Shown: piece after piece, positions 27,356 through 38,960 of the stretch
Layout: each line of letters opens with the position of its first letter
How positions within the stretch are numbered: position 1 is the stretch's first letter
Source: Welwitschia mirabilis
Lineage: Eukaryota
Length of the DNA stretch: 49,703 nt
Assembly: GCA_051453625.1 (NCBI GenBank)
Contig: JBOZIK010000001.1
Coordinates: 33,074,030-33,123,732, forward strand
Direction: 5' to 3'
Program-made: the position numbers and the translations under genes
The notes under the pieces: model-generated
The model's input: the letters and a program-made list of their open reading frames with translations, nothing else
Database searches by the model: none
Told to the model about the DNA's origin: nothing

Positions 27356-28630
27356 TATTAGTGTGAGGCCAAATTAGCTAGATTTGATAGTGTTTTGGAG
27401 ATCTATTTTAAAATAATTTAACATGTTCTCAAGAATGGATGATGATTTTGGTATGACTTTATGATGATTATAAAACATGTTGATTTCTAGCAAAATTAAT
27501 TTCTTTTAAGTATATCTAAAAAATTAATCATTTATACATTTCTTTGTGGAGAAAAATGATACATGAAGTTTACTTTGATGAAAACTTTTTGAGGGGTCAT
27601 CTTATCTTACCTCTCATGACAATGACTTCTTGAAGAACTAATATGAATTCAAATGTTCTCCAAAGGGTGAATTTTAATATGGTTTAGGCATTAGAGATTA
27701 AGATCTAATTCAAAGCTTATAACAAAGTGATTGAATTACATAAGTAATATCATTCACTTACATTATTTGGATGACACTACTAGACAACTATTAGAGAAAG
27801 TTAAATAATGAAGCTACCTCATGGGTATTGTCATCCATCAATGTCATTTAGATGATAATAGTAAAAGACAAAAAATAACAAACTATGATAACTAATATGA
27901 GTAGAATGACATATGATAGTTAGAGGTATCATCTAGTTTATTATCTAGATGAAAAAGGTAGATGATAGGTAAAAATTAATTATAATTAATAAATTTTTAA
28001 TGAAATTATAAAGATAATTATAAACCTTAATAACTAATCTAAAATCATAAATACCACTTTAACATCTCATATTCAAAATATTTTGATGATTTTGAATTAT
28101 TTGAATCTTGNNNNNNNNNNNNNNNNNNNNNNNNNNNNNNNNNNNNNNNNNNNNNNNNNNNNNNNNNNNNNNNNNNNNNNNNNNNNNNNNNNNNNNNNNN
28201 NNNNNNNNNNNNNNNNNNNNNNNNNNNNTAATAAAGGTTAATTTAATTATTCTCTCAAACTATTCCTTCTTATATTCTTTATAGTTTATGTTGATTACAA
28301 TGTAATTCTGGTTTAATTGTGACTGATACAAATCATAAGATCTAATTTATGTGATAATAGATTGGTTAATGTATTAGAAATATATTTATAATTTCATTTA
28401 TCTCATCTTGCATTCATTCGTATTATGTTACACTACATTTCATAAATTCCATTCATTCATGCATTGTGTTTTATTTCTATTTAGCTTTTAAGGTGAATTT
28501 ATTAGTAAAACTATCAATCCTTCCTTCCATTTTATGAACTAATATTCTTAAGATTCTATTGATTTCCTCATCACTATACAACACTTAGATTAACATCTTA
28601 TCTTAGTATGTAAATGTGTGAATTAGACAT
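27356..28630 (+). mobile_element. Athila-related LTR 'D'
   Basis: Begins ...GTGAGGCCAAATTAGCTAGATTTG, like the LTR C/B start. 28260-28460 aligns with the reverse complement of 29010-29210 (GTTTAATTGTGA, ATCTCATCTTGCATT). Confidence 0.55.
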
Positions 28631-28779
28631 TAAATAATTTTAGGTTGTTAATCGAGAATAAAGAAATTAAGTCATACTACTTTTCACTACAACCTTTTGA
28701 TGCCATTTCTTGTGAAGATATCAAAGAAGACTTAGAAGAAATTAGTTTTAACTACTTAACTAAGTAATATTATTTTTCT

Positions 28780-28993
28780 AAGGTTGTTTAAGGCATTTCT
28801 ACTATAAAACCCTTAAAAGAGATTTTAAGGCATTTCTATTAAAATATCTTAGAAACTCCTTGAAATCTTGCAAGCTTTTAAAATGACGTTTTTAAGGCAT
28901 TTTTTGAAGAATGCCTTAAAAGCTTTTAAGGCATTTTTTAAGTCCTTATAAGGCATTTTTGAAATGCCTTAAAAACCTATATTTCTAGTAGTG
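28780..28993 (-). mobile_element. CACTA (En/Spm) transposon end with subterminal repeats
   Basis: TTTCTAGTAGTG at 28982-28993 is CACTACTAGAAA reversed. About seven TAAGGCATT motifs occur in both orientations immediately inside it. Confidence 0.8.
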
Positions 28994-29482
28994 GTTGTTT
29001 TATCCTAATTGTAAAATGATAAATGAAATGAATATACAATGATGAATGCAATATAGTGAATAAATGCAAAGATGAGATGCAACCTAAGTGTAATTACTAA
29101 CCAAATTTACTAACTTATTGTCACCCAAATTGACTCTTATACACTATATCAAAAATCACAATTAAACTTGACTTCAACATAATATATGAAGAACATAAGA
29201 GAGAGATTTAAAAGAACAAAAATGATCTTTATTAATCATAGTATTCCCATATCCATGTATAAAGCATAACTTCTTACTAAAGGAGACACAACCTAATACT
29301 AAGAAATGTCTTTTTCTATAACTAGGATGGATTCCTTATCCAAAATTCTCTAATTCTACAAGTGATTTTTATGTAACTAAGATAAGAAAATCGGGAACCT
29401 CATGGGGATATTTATAAGTTTGAATTTAACTATTTAGATTACTAAGGAGTAATGATGGATAAATAGTAATCATCTTACTGAT

Positions 29483-29915
29483 TTTGTAATGTCTTCTTAA
29501 TGTAATATCTTCTTCATGAAATGTCTTCTTGGTGTAATATCTACTTTTACATGTCTTCTTAATATAACATCTTCTTGATGTAATGTCTTCTTTATGTAAT
29601 ATCTTCTATCATATGTCTTCTTTATGTGAGGTTACCTTTGTATAATGTATTCTTGATGTAACTTCTTCTTGATGTAACATCTTTTTGATATAACGTATTT
29701 TTGGTTATGTGGAATTTTATCTTGATGTAGTTTATTCTTGGTATAACATCTTTTTGATGAAATGTCTTCTTGATGTAATGTCTTCTGGGTTTGATTTTTT
29801 CTTGATGTAACATCTTCTTGATTACGTGAAATGTCTTCTTGATATAATGTCTTCTTGGTGTAACACTTTCTTGATATAATGTTTTCTTAATTATGTGGAT
29901 GTCTTCATATGAGTT
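29483..29915. repeat. Tandem array of ~16-17 bp units (TGTAAyrTCTTCTTGA) in U3 of LTR B
   Basis: Roughly two dozen degenerate copies upstream of the minus-strand TATA (~29408-29417). A few copies also occur at 40302-40400. Confidence 0.9.
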
Positions 29916-32599
29916 CAATGATTTATTTCTGGATTATGATGTCTTTACCAACTGATGCCATTACCATTTGTTTTCAATGTAAATATGATATTACTATCAC
30001 ATGTCATTACCACATGTCACTACTACATGTCATTATCATATGTTACTACCATATGTCTTTCTCAAGTGATCCCTAATTACTTCATTTTGATCCAAATTAT
30101 TATTAANNNNNNNNNNNNNNNNNNNNNNNNNNNNNNNNNNNNTCAAAAGTGGTTAACTTGAGCATTAATCCTATAAAAAGGACCTAAAAATACACTCCAT
30201 ATGGTCAATTTGGCTTGTAATGTAGCCCCTCACTGAGTGTTTGTCAGTCCCTAATAAAGAATTTGGAAAAGAATAGAAGTGATCCAAATTAAAAAAGAGA
30301 TTAAAAATAACACTTAAGCATAAATAATATTATGTTATTAATCATAGAGTATAACTCATTTTGGCATACAAAAGTATATTCTAATTAAACATCATGAGAA
30401 AGATATGCATTAAATTCAGAACAATGGCTTTAGTTCTATAAAAAAATATATTTTTAATTAAAAAATTATTTTTAAAGATAATATTTTAATTATTTCAAAG
30501 ATTATATTTCCTCACTAAGAATTTGTCAGTTCTTAATAAAGAAAGCAAAAAAAACCAAAGTGANNNNNNNNNNNNNNNNNNNNNNNNNNNNNNNNNNNNN
30601 NNNNNNNNNNNNNNNNNNNNNNNNNNNNNNNNNNNNNNNNNNNNNNNNNNNNNNNNNNNNNNNTCCTCACTAAGAATTTGTCAGTTCTTAACAAAGAAAG
30701 CAAAAAAGAATCAAAGTGAATAAAATTGAAAGATAATAGAAAGCAAGCTTCCCAAAAATGAATGGTTGAAACATCTGTTGAAAAGCATAATAAAATGAGT
30801 AGGTAATGAGAATAATAAAATGCTTAAGGATCTAGTCATTTTACATTAAGACCCAAGAATTCTAAATTAGAAGACTAGAAAATGATAAGTTACTCACTAT
30901 TGTTTATGCAAAAGTAGTAAATAATTTTAAGAACATTAATTTTTAATAAAGAAAAAAATGAAAATAGATAACATGAAACAAGGAGAAGATTAACTAATTT
31001 TCCCTAAGTTTTAACTTAGTAAGATTCCTTAGAAAAATTCATAAGGCTACTTCGTATAAAAATGCATAATACAATGTAAGAGTAACATAGTTTACCACAT
31101 CATGAGGGAGTGAAGGAACCAATATAAAAAGATTATTTTGTAAATTATCAACTAATGTTTGGACTATAACTTAATACATCTTCAATTATAGTAATCATAG
31201 TACTTAGGTAAAAGCATAATCTAATGATTAATATACTTAAATACTCTCAAGTGTTTTTTTTCCCTTAAAGTAATGAGATGCAAGTAAAGTATTAAAAAAT
31301 ATTGTTCATTATAATGAGAGAAGTAGAACCATTGTTAAGAGAGTAAGGATCCACAAGCAAAGCATGGTCAACTAACCCTCTAGTGGAGTCCCTCAGCTAC
31401 CACATTACATTACTAAAGGCCCCTCTTAGGAAAATTTACCCTAGTGTGCTTATAGTAGGACATCATGACATATTTTTTTAAGAGGATTAATTTTTTATTT
31501 TANNNNNNNNNNNNNNNNNNNNNNNNNNNNNNNNNNNNNNNNNNNNNNNNNNNNNNNNNNNNNNNNNNNNNNNNNNNNNNNNNNNNNNNNNNNNNNNNNN
31601 NNAAAATGAAAATGGATAACATGAAACAAGGAGAAGATTAACTAATTTTCCCTAGGTTTTAACTTAGTAAGGTTCCTCAGAAAAATTCATATGACTACTT
31701 CATATAAAAATGCATAATACAATGTAAGAGTAACATAGTTTAGCACATAATGAGGGAGTGAAGGAACCAATATACAAAGATTATTTTGTAAATTATCAAC
31801 TGATGTTTGGACTATAAATCAATACATCTTCAATTATAGTAACCATAGTACTTAGGTAAAAGCATGATCTAAAGATAAATATACTTAAATACTCTCAAGT
31901 GTTTTTTCCCCCTTAAAGTAATGGGATATAAGTAAAGTATTGAAAAATATTATTCATCATGATGAGAGACGTATAAGCATTGTTAAGAGAGGAAGGTTCC
32001 ATAAGCAAAGCATGGTCAACTAACCCTCTAGTGGAGTCCCTCAGCTACCATATTATATTACTAAAGGCCCCTCTTAGGAAAATTTACCTTAGTATGCTTA
32101 TAATAGGACATCATGACATATTTTTTTAAGAGGGTTAAGTTTTTATTTTATCTATTTCCTCTTTGTTTTCTTTATTTCTTTCTTTCTTTTTTGCTTCCCT
32201 TCCACCCTCTTCCCCCTTTTTTTAACTTGTGATCCCATTTTTGAAGCATTGATTGTTCATTGGAGTAATGTAATAATAAATCACATGATTACCAATAAGC
32301 ATCTAATTAATATAATTGATTCTAAAACAAATTAATTAAGGAGATTATTAAATTAGATATTGAAATGTCTAAAGACTGGCTAAATCCAATCTTTTCATAA
32401 TAATACCCAAAGTAAGACATTACTTAATCATGATAAAATATATAGAATTCAAACATGAATCAAGTTAAAGATGATCTAGTAGTATCATAACTTAAAACAA
32501 GAAATGGAGCTAAGAGAAAATTTAGAAAATGGCAAATGGGGGATTCTCTTTCTCATCATGATAATCTTTCAAGTTAAGTGCTTCTACCATGTTATAGGC

Positions 32600-34430
32600 A
32601 TAGATATAGTCATTAGAATATGTATAAGTTTTAAGACTTTGTTCATTGAATTTTTATATATCTTTTGTTTTCAAATTAAAAATCTCAATAGAGCCATTAG
32701 GATGTACTTTTTCAAAAATGTAAGAACCTAACAATTTAGAGATCAAGTTATTATGCAACAGATGTACTTGAGTATTACATAGTAATACTAAGTTTAAAGG
32801 GTTTTTGAATGAGATCTTTATCATGCTTTTATTTTTCTTGGGCTTATAAATGAGTCAACAGTGAGTGGTATTAATGTATTTNNNNNNNNNNNNNNNNNNN
32901 NNNNNNNNNNNNNNNNNNNNNNNNNNNNNNNNNNNNNNNNNNNNNNNNNNNNNNNNNNNNNNNNNNNNNNNNNNNNNNNNNNNNNNNNNNNNNNNNNNNN
33001 NNNNNNNNNNNNNNNNNNNNNNNNNNNNNNNNNNNNNNNNNNNNNNNNNNNNNNNNNNNNNNNNNNNNNNNNNNNNNNNNNNNNNNNNNNNNNNNNNNNN
33101 NNNNNNNNNNNNNNNNNNNNNNNNNNNNNNNNNNNNNNNNNNNNNNNNNNNNNNNNNNNNNNNNNNNNNNNNNNNNNNNNNNNNNNNNNNNNNNNNNNNN
33201 NNNNNNNNNNNNNNNNNNNNNNNNNNNNNNNNNNNNNNNNNNNNNNNNNNNNNNNNNNNNNNNNNNNNNNNNNNNNNNNNNNNNNNNNNNNNNNNNNNNN
33301 NNNNNNNNNNNNNNNNNNNNNNNNNNNNNNNNNNNNNNNNNNNNNNNNNNNNNNNNNNNNNNNNNNNNNNNNNNNNNNNNNNNNNNNNNNNNNNNNNNNN
33401 NNNNNNNNNNNNNNNNNNNNNNNNNNNNNNNNNNNNNNNNNNNNNNNNNNNNNNNNNNNNNNNNNNNNNNNNNNNNNNNNNNNNNNNNNNNNNNNNNNNN
33501 NNNNNNNNNNNNNNNNNNNNNNNNNNNNNNNNNNNNNNNNNNNNNNNNNNNNNNNNNNNNNNNNNNNNNNNNNNNNNNNNNAGGTGAATAACTAGATGAA
33601 TTATATAAAGTAGTACGATAAGCCAAAAGTACATCAGGAAGTTTAAGTAACCTAGATTTCTTATTATGGGAGGTTGGTTTTTAAAGTAGTTTCTTTATTT
33701 CCTTATTAGCATTTTCAACTTGATCATTTATTTAAGGATGATAAGCATTAGCTATTTTTTACTCAATTCTAACAAAGAAAAGGCATTTCCTCAAAATATT
33801 ATTCATAAAATGAGTGATTTAGTAACTAATCAAGATTTTAAGAAATTCAAACCTTTGAAAAGTATTAGATCTAAGGAAAGAACACATGGTTTTGGCATCA
33901 TTTGTGATTATAGAAATGGCTTCTATCCATTTGTTCACGTAATCTACCTTCATTGAGATGTAATTTGTATTATAATAAGATGGTATAAGAGGGCATATAA
34001 AATATATACCCCAATAATCAAGAGGTTCATGTTTTAAGATAGGTCTGAGGGGCATGTCTTAAGATTTCAAAAGGCTACTAAAGCATTGACAAGTATCACA
34101 TCTTTTTGTAAAGTCAAATGAATCTTTAAAGATGGTAGGCTAATAGAAACTTGTATGAAGTATTTTTCATAAAGGTATTTTGACCATTAAAATGACCTCC
34201 ACACATACCACCATGATAAAAAGTAAGGATATCATGTTGCTCGCACTTTAGCACATATTTGCATATGATTTGATCTTTACATTTTTTATAGAGATGGGGT
34301 TCATGACACTCATTGTCCCCTATTCTATGAATAAAATATTTTCTCTAATTATGAGTTCAATTTTAGGGAGTTTTTAGTGTAACAAATTGATAATATTATC
34401 ATACCATGGAGTAGGGTGTTTAGAAGAGAT
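32600..34430 (-). pseudogene. Integrase remnant (Athila)
   Basis: PWYDNIINLL and MPLRPILKHEPLDYWGIYFICPLIPSY..YISMKVDYVNKWIEAI..TNDAKTMCSFLRSNTFQRF match MPLNPILxxExFDVWGIDFMGP...VDYVSKWVEA. Confidence 0.92.
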
Positions 34431-34654
34431 GGAAANNNNNNNNNNNNNNNNNNNNNNNNNNNNNNNNNNNNNNNNNNNNNNNNNNNNNNNNNNNNNNNNN
34501 NNNNNNNNNNNNNNNNNNNNNNNNNNNNNNNNNNNNNNNNNNNNNNNNNNNNNNNNNNNNNNNNNNNNNNNNNNNNNNNNNNNNNNNNNNNNNNNNNNNN
34601 NNNNNNNNNNNNNNNNNNNNNNNNNNNNNNNNNNNNNNNNNNNNNNNNNNNNNN

Positions 34655-35800
34655 TCAAATGTCAGCATGTTCAATAAAAACATTAGTATAGAAATCAAGA
34701 AGATAGTATCAAATATTATGAAGGTAAAAGATAATGGAAACATAAGTATCTTACTAATATAGAAAATACCATTATAACCCTTCTTATGTTTTTATCCTAA
34801 CACATCTCTACAATGATACTCCTCACATCAATTATAAGTTCAAAGTTTTCATTCCAATCAGGTTGTTTTATGATAGATACTGAAGTGATCTTCTCTTTAA
34901 GATATTTAAAGGAATATTGATAATACTCATTCCAATCAAATTTAGCATCTTTTTCTAAGAGATAATGAAGAGGTTTTCAAATTTTGGCATAGTCCTTAAT
35001 GAATTTTCTATTGAAACTAGTATAACCAAGAACAAATTTAACTTGTTTTATATTATTTAGAGGAGGAAGATTTCTAATGATGTCTATTTTAGTAAGGTTC
35101 ATTTAAATATTATTACTAAAAATGTGGTGACCTAGGACTATTTCATNNNNNNNNNNNNNNNNNNNNNNNNNNNNNNNNNNNNNNNNNNNNNNNNNNNNNN
35201 NNNNNNNNNNNNNNNNNNNNNNNNNNNNNNNNNNNNNNNNNNNNNNNNNNNNNNNNNNNNNNNNNNNNNNNNNNNNNNNNNNNNNNNNNNNNNNNNNNNN
35301 NNNNNNNNNNNNNNNNNNNNNNNNNNNNNNNNNNNNNNNNNNNNNNNNNNNNNNNNNNNNNNNNNNNNNNNNNNNNNNNNNGGTACCAAAAGATGAGATG
35401 AAAGTTATCTTGGCTTGATCTTCATTGGCTATCAATTACAATCATTATATTTGTCAAGAAAGAAATAATATGCATGGCATTGTATCCTATTAAGAATTGA
35501 ATCTAGAAATCATAAGGAATAATAATATTTCTATTATGTTATTAAACTTTCTAAATTCAATGCATCTTACCGCTTTCCATTCTTTTAGGTACTACAGTAA
35601 TAGGACTAATCCATTTACTATCATAAATAGCNNNNNNNNNNNNNNNNNNNNNNNNNNNNNNNNNNNNNNNNNNNNNNNNNNNNNNNNNNNNNNNNNNNNN
35701 NNNNNNNNNNNNNNNNNNNNNNNNNNNNNNNNTGTCTTCCAAATAAATTTTATGCTAAACAATGAAAGAAGAAATAACTAAAACATCATTATAAGTTTAA
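34655..35800 (-). pseudogene. Reverse transcriptase / RNase H remnant (Athila)
   Basis: AIYDSKWISPITVVPK, IANEDQAKITFISSFGT, EIVLGHHIFS. Confidence 0.9.
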
Positions 35801-36319
35801 GGAAAAGCATCAGTTTTAGAAGTAAGAATTTAAAGTAGTAATTCTTATTGAAAAGGATGAATATATACAATAATAATCAATGCTTTTTAAAGGTTATTAT
35901 TCAAAATGATGTCTTTTAACCTATTTGATAATTCTTCGGGTTTCAAATTAGAATTATCCCTCATTGTTGTTGAAATTCCATTTTTATGTAGAAGATTTTC
36001 TATAGTTGAACATCTTGATTAATGAGGAATTCAAAGTTTTCATTTATTTTTTCATTCAAGTAATTGCTAAAGAGATCATTATTGGGATTACATGATTTAA
36101 AGGAATTAAAACTTTCTATCATTTTTTCACATTCTTTAGGATTATCAAATAGAGTTTAGTTATGTAAATTAAGGAGCCTTTCTTCTAAAGGATGACGTTG
36201 GACAAGAATGGAGGGTTTAATTTATTGCCCAAGATTAGAATCTTCTTTCATATCTTTTTTAATCAATTAAAGACTCTAATAATGAATTTTTTATTTCCTA
36301 CATTACTTTCCATAATTCT

Positions 36320-36700
36320 AGTTCATGTGTTAATAATGCAATGGGCTATTGCACAAAAGGATCTTTCTAAGAATAAAGGGTATCCTCTATTGTGTTCTAC
36401 ATCAATAATAACACATCTATAAGGTAAAAAGCTTATTCAATTTGTATGACCAGATTCTTGATAATTCCAACTAGTTTTTTAAGAGTTGCCTTGGCTAGTT
36501 CTAGTATAATTTTTATTGATTCAATCTTATTTCTTAAACTTTTTGTAGATCTGAAATGGTATAATGTTGACACTAGCTCCTATATATATTAATGCTTTCT
36601 TGATTTTTTTGGCTTCCTTCCAAGATAATACTAACTATGGTAGCCCCTAGCTCTTTAAAGTTTGGACATTTTTATGCCATTAAGTTAGAAATAAATTAGG
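36320..36700 (-). pseudogene. Aspartic protease remnant
   Basis: CPNFKELGATIVSIILEGSQKIKKALIYIGASVNIIPF is homologous to 5118-5380. Confidence 0.85.
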
Positions 36701-37599
36701 CTATTAATACTCTACTTGGTATTTTTTTATATATATATATTATTTTCTCTTGACTATGTCCTTCCAGATTTTATTGTATTTAGGATTATCTTGCAATATT
36801 TCCTAGAAACGGAGGTTAATATTCACATCTTTCATAATTGCCTTAAGATAATTATCATAGGTAGGATTATTCCTGGGATTATTTCCTGTGTTTTCATGAA
36901 CTATATGAACTAGGTTGATTAAGAATCTCTATGTCACCATTAAGGATTTGATTTTCTTAGTTATAATAAGTGGATACTATCTCATTGGAAGTTCTATTGT
37001 TTCCACTTCTTGTTGCTATCTCAACCCTTTAGGAATCATTTATGTTGCAATGGATCATTAAGGTTTTTGTTTTTCTAAGATGGTTTATTAAAATATTCCT
37101 ATAACATTTTTCATATTCTTGTTGATGGCCTCTACATTTTTGTTGGTGGGCCTCTTACTTTTTTTTTTCTTTTCAAATAATTTCTTAATTGACACTCAAA
37201 GGAAATCATTCTTAATGTAGTTGGAAGAGTTGGTCTAAAAGTTATTAGATTGAAAGTTGTTACTCCTCTATCTATTTTCAAAAGAGGGTTTGAAGGTTAG
37301 TTGTAGTTCATTATTTTATGGCTAAAATTATTGGTTATTGGGTATTTAATTGAACATACAAGCTTCTTAATACATCATTTTCTCAACATTTTGGTATGGT
37401 AGGATAATTTTTGGTGTAACGAAAATTCTCTTTACATATTTCATAATGAGAGTATGGCATTGGAGGTTAATGTTATTAATTTAACATTTTTTTAAATAGC
37501 TAAGGCCTTGGTATAGTTTTTCAAAGTGTTGGTAAGATCTTGAATTAGGTTGCTAGGGCTAGTTTGCTCTTCATATTATACTTTCTTGATGTCTTTCAA

Positions 37600-38960
37600 C
37601 ATTTTTCCAATATTTCTACCTTCCTTAAGGGTTAGTTTAGGCCATGTTCAACTAATTTCTACTAATTTTTCCAAGAGTTTTCACACATCATTCAAAGTTA
37701 AGTCAAGTAAATCTTCACTACATGTAAAATCTGCTAGTTACTTGCTTTGGTTATTTAATTCATTATAGTAGTGGTTGGCAAGTTATTCTCTTGAAAATTC
37801 ATCTATAGGATTAGATGAGGTAGCAATTAAAAATCTTTTATAGGTTGTAGCANNNNNNNNNNNNNNNNNNNNNNNNNNNNNNNNNNNNNNNNNNNNNNNN
37901 NNNNNNNNNNNNNNNNNNNNNNNNNNNNNNNNNNNNNNNNNNNNNNNNNNNNAATGTAGTTGGAAGAGTTGATCTAAAAGTTATTAGATTGAAAGTTGTT
38001 ACTCCTATATCTATTTTCAAAAGAGGGTTTGAAGGTTAGTTGTAGTTCATTATTATATGGCTAAAACTATTGGTTATTGGGTATTTTATTGAATGTACAA
38101 GCTTCTTCATACATCATTTTCTCAACATTTTAGTATGATAGGACAATTTTTGGTGTAATGAAAATCGTCTTTACATATTTCATAATGAGAGTATGGCATT
38201 AGAGGTTAAGGTTGTTTATTTAACATTTNNNNNNNNNNCTAAGGCCTTGGTATAGTTTTTCAAAGTGTTAGTAAGATCTTGAATTAGGTTGCTAGGGCTA
38301 GTTTACCCTTCATATTATACTTTCTTGATGTCTTTCAACATTTTCCCAATAGTTCTACCTTTCTTAAGGTTAGTTTAGGCCATGTTCTACTAATTTCTAC
38401 TAATTATTCCAAGAGTTTTCACACATCATTTAAAGTTAAGTCGAGTAAATCTTCACTACATGTAAAATCTACTAGTTACTTGCTTTGGTTATTTAATACA
38501 TTATAGTAGTGGTTGCCAAGTTATTCTCTTGAAAATTCATCTATAGGATTAGATGAGGTAGCAATCAAAAATCTTTCATAGGTTGTAGCATGTTTCTTAT
38601 GAGGTTGTTCTCCAAAGTTGATAACTTCTCTTTTTCATTTCCTCATGATTTCTTCACTCATAAACCTTTTTATGAAGGCATCTTAAACTTAAATCCAATT
38701 CTTAAGCTTTTATGGGAAATAGTTTTCAACCAATTTTTAGCCTTACCTTTAAGGATAAAAGGGAGAATGATCATGTATATTCTATTAGTTACCTTATTTT
38801 TTCCATTTTCTAAGGTAAGAATAAGTTTTTTTAATTTCGTCTAAGTATTAAAAAGGGTCTTCTTCATCCTCTCCTAAGAAGGTAGGATAGGCTTGTAGTT
38901 TTTAAGTTCTACATCATTTTCAATGGGTAAGTCAAAAGGATTTTAGAGCTCTCTTTCTAT
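37600..38960 (-). pseudogene. gag: gag remnant (partly duplicated across gap)
   Basis: NPFDLPIENDVELK...YPTFLGEDEEDPF...IYMIILPFILKGKAKNWLKTI is homologous to the gag of element A. Confidence 0.85.

Noticed and set aside
28685-28695. CACTACAA as the partner TIR of the CACTA end
   Set aside because: The match ends after 6 bp, the 3-bp TSD does not match (TTT vs GTT), and there are no adjacent subterminal repeats.
29622-29918. 98-aa repetitive basic ORF
   Set aside because: It is a translation of the LTR minisatellite, with no coding evidence.
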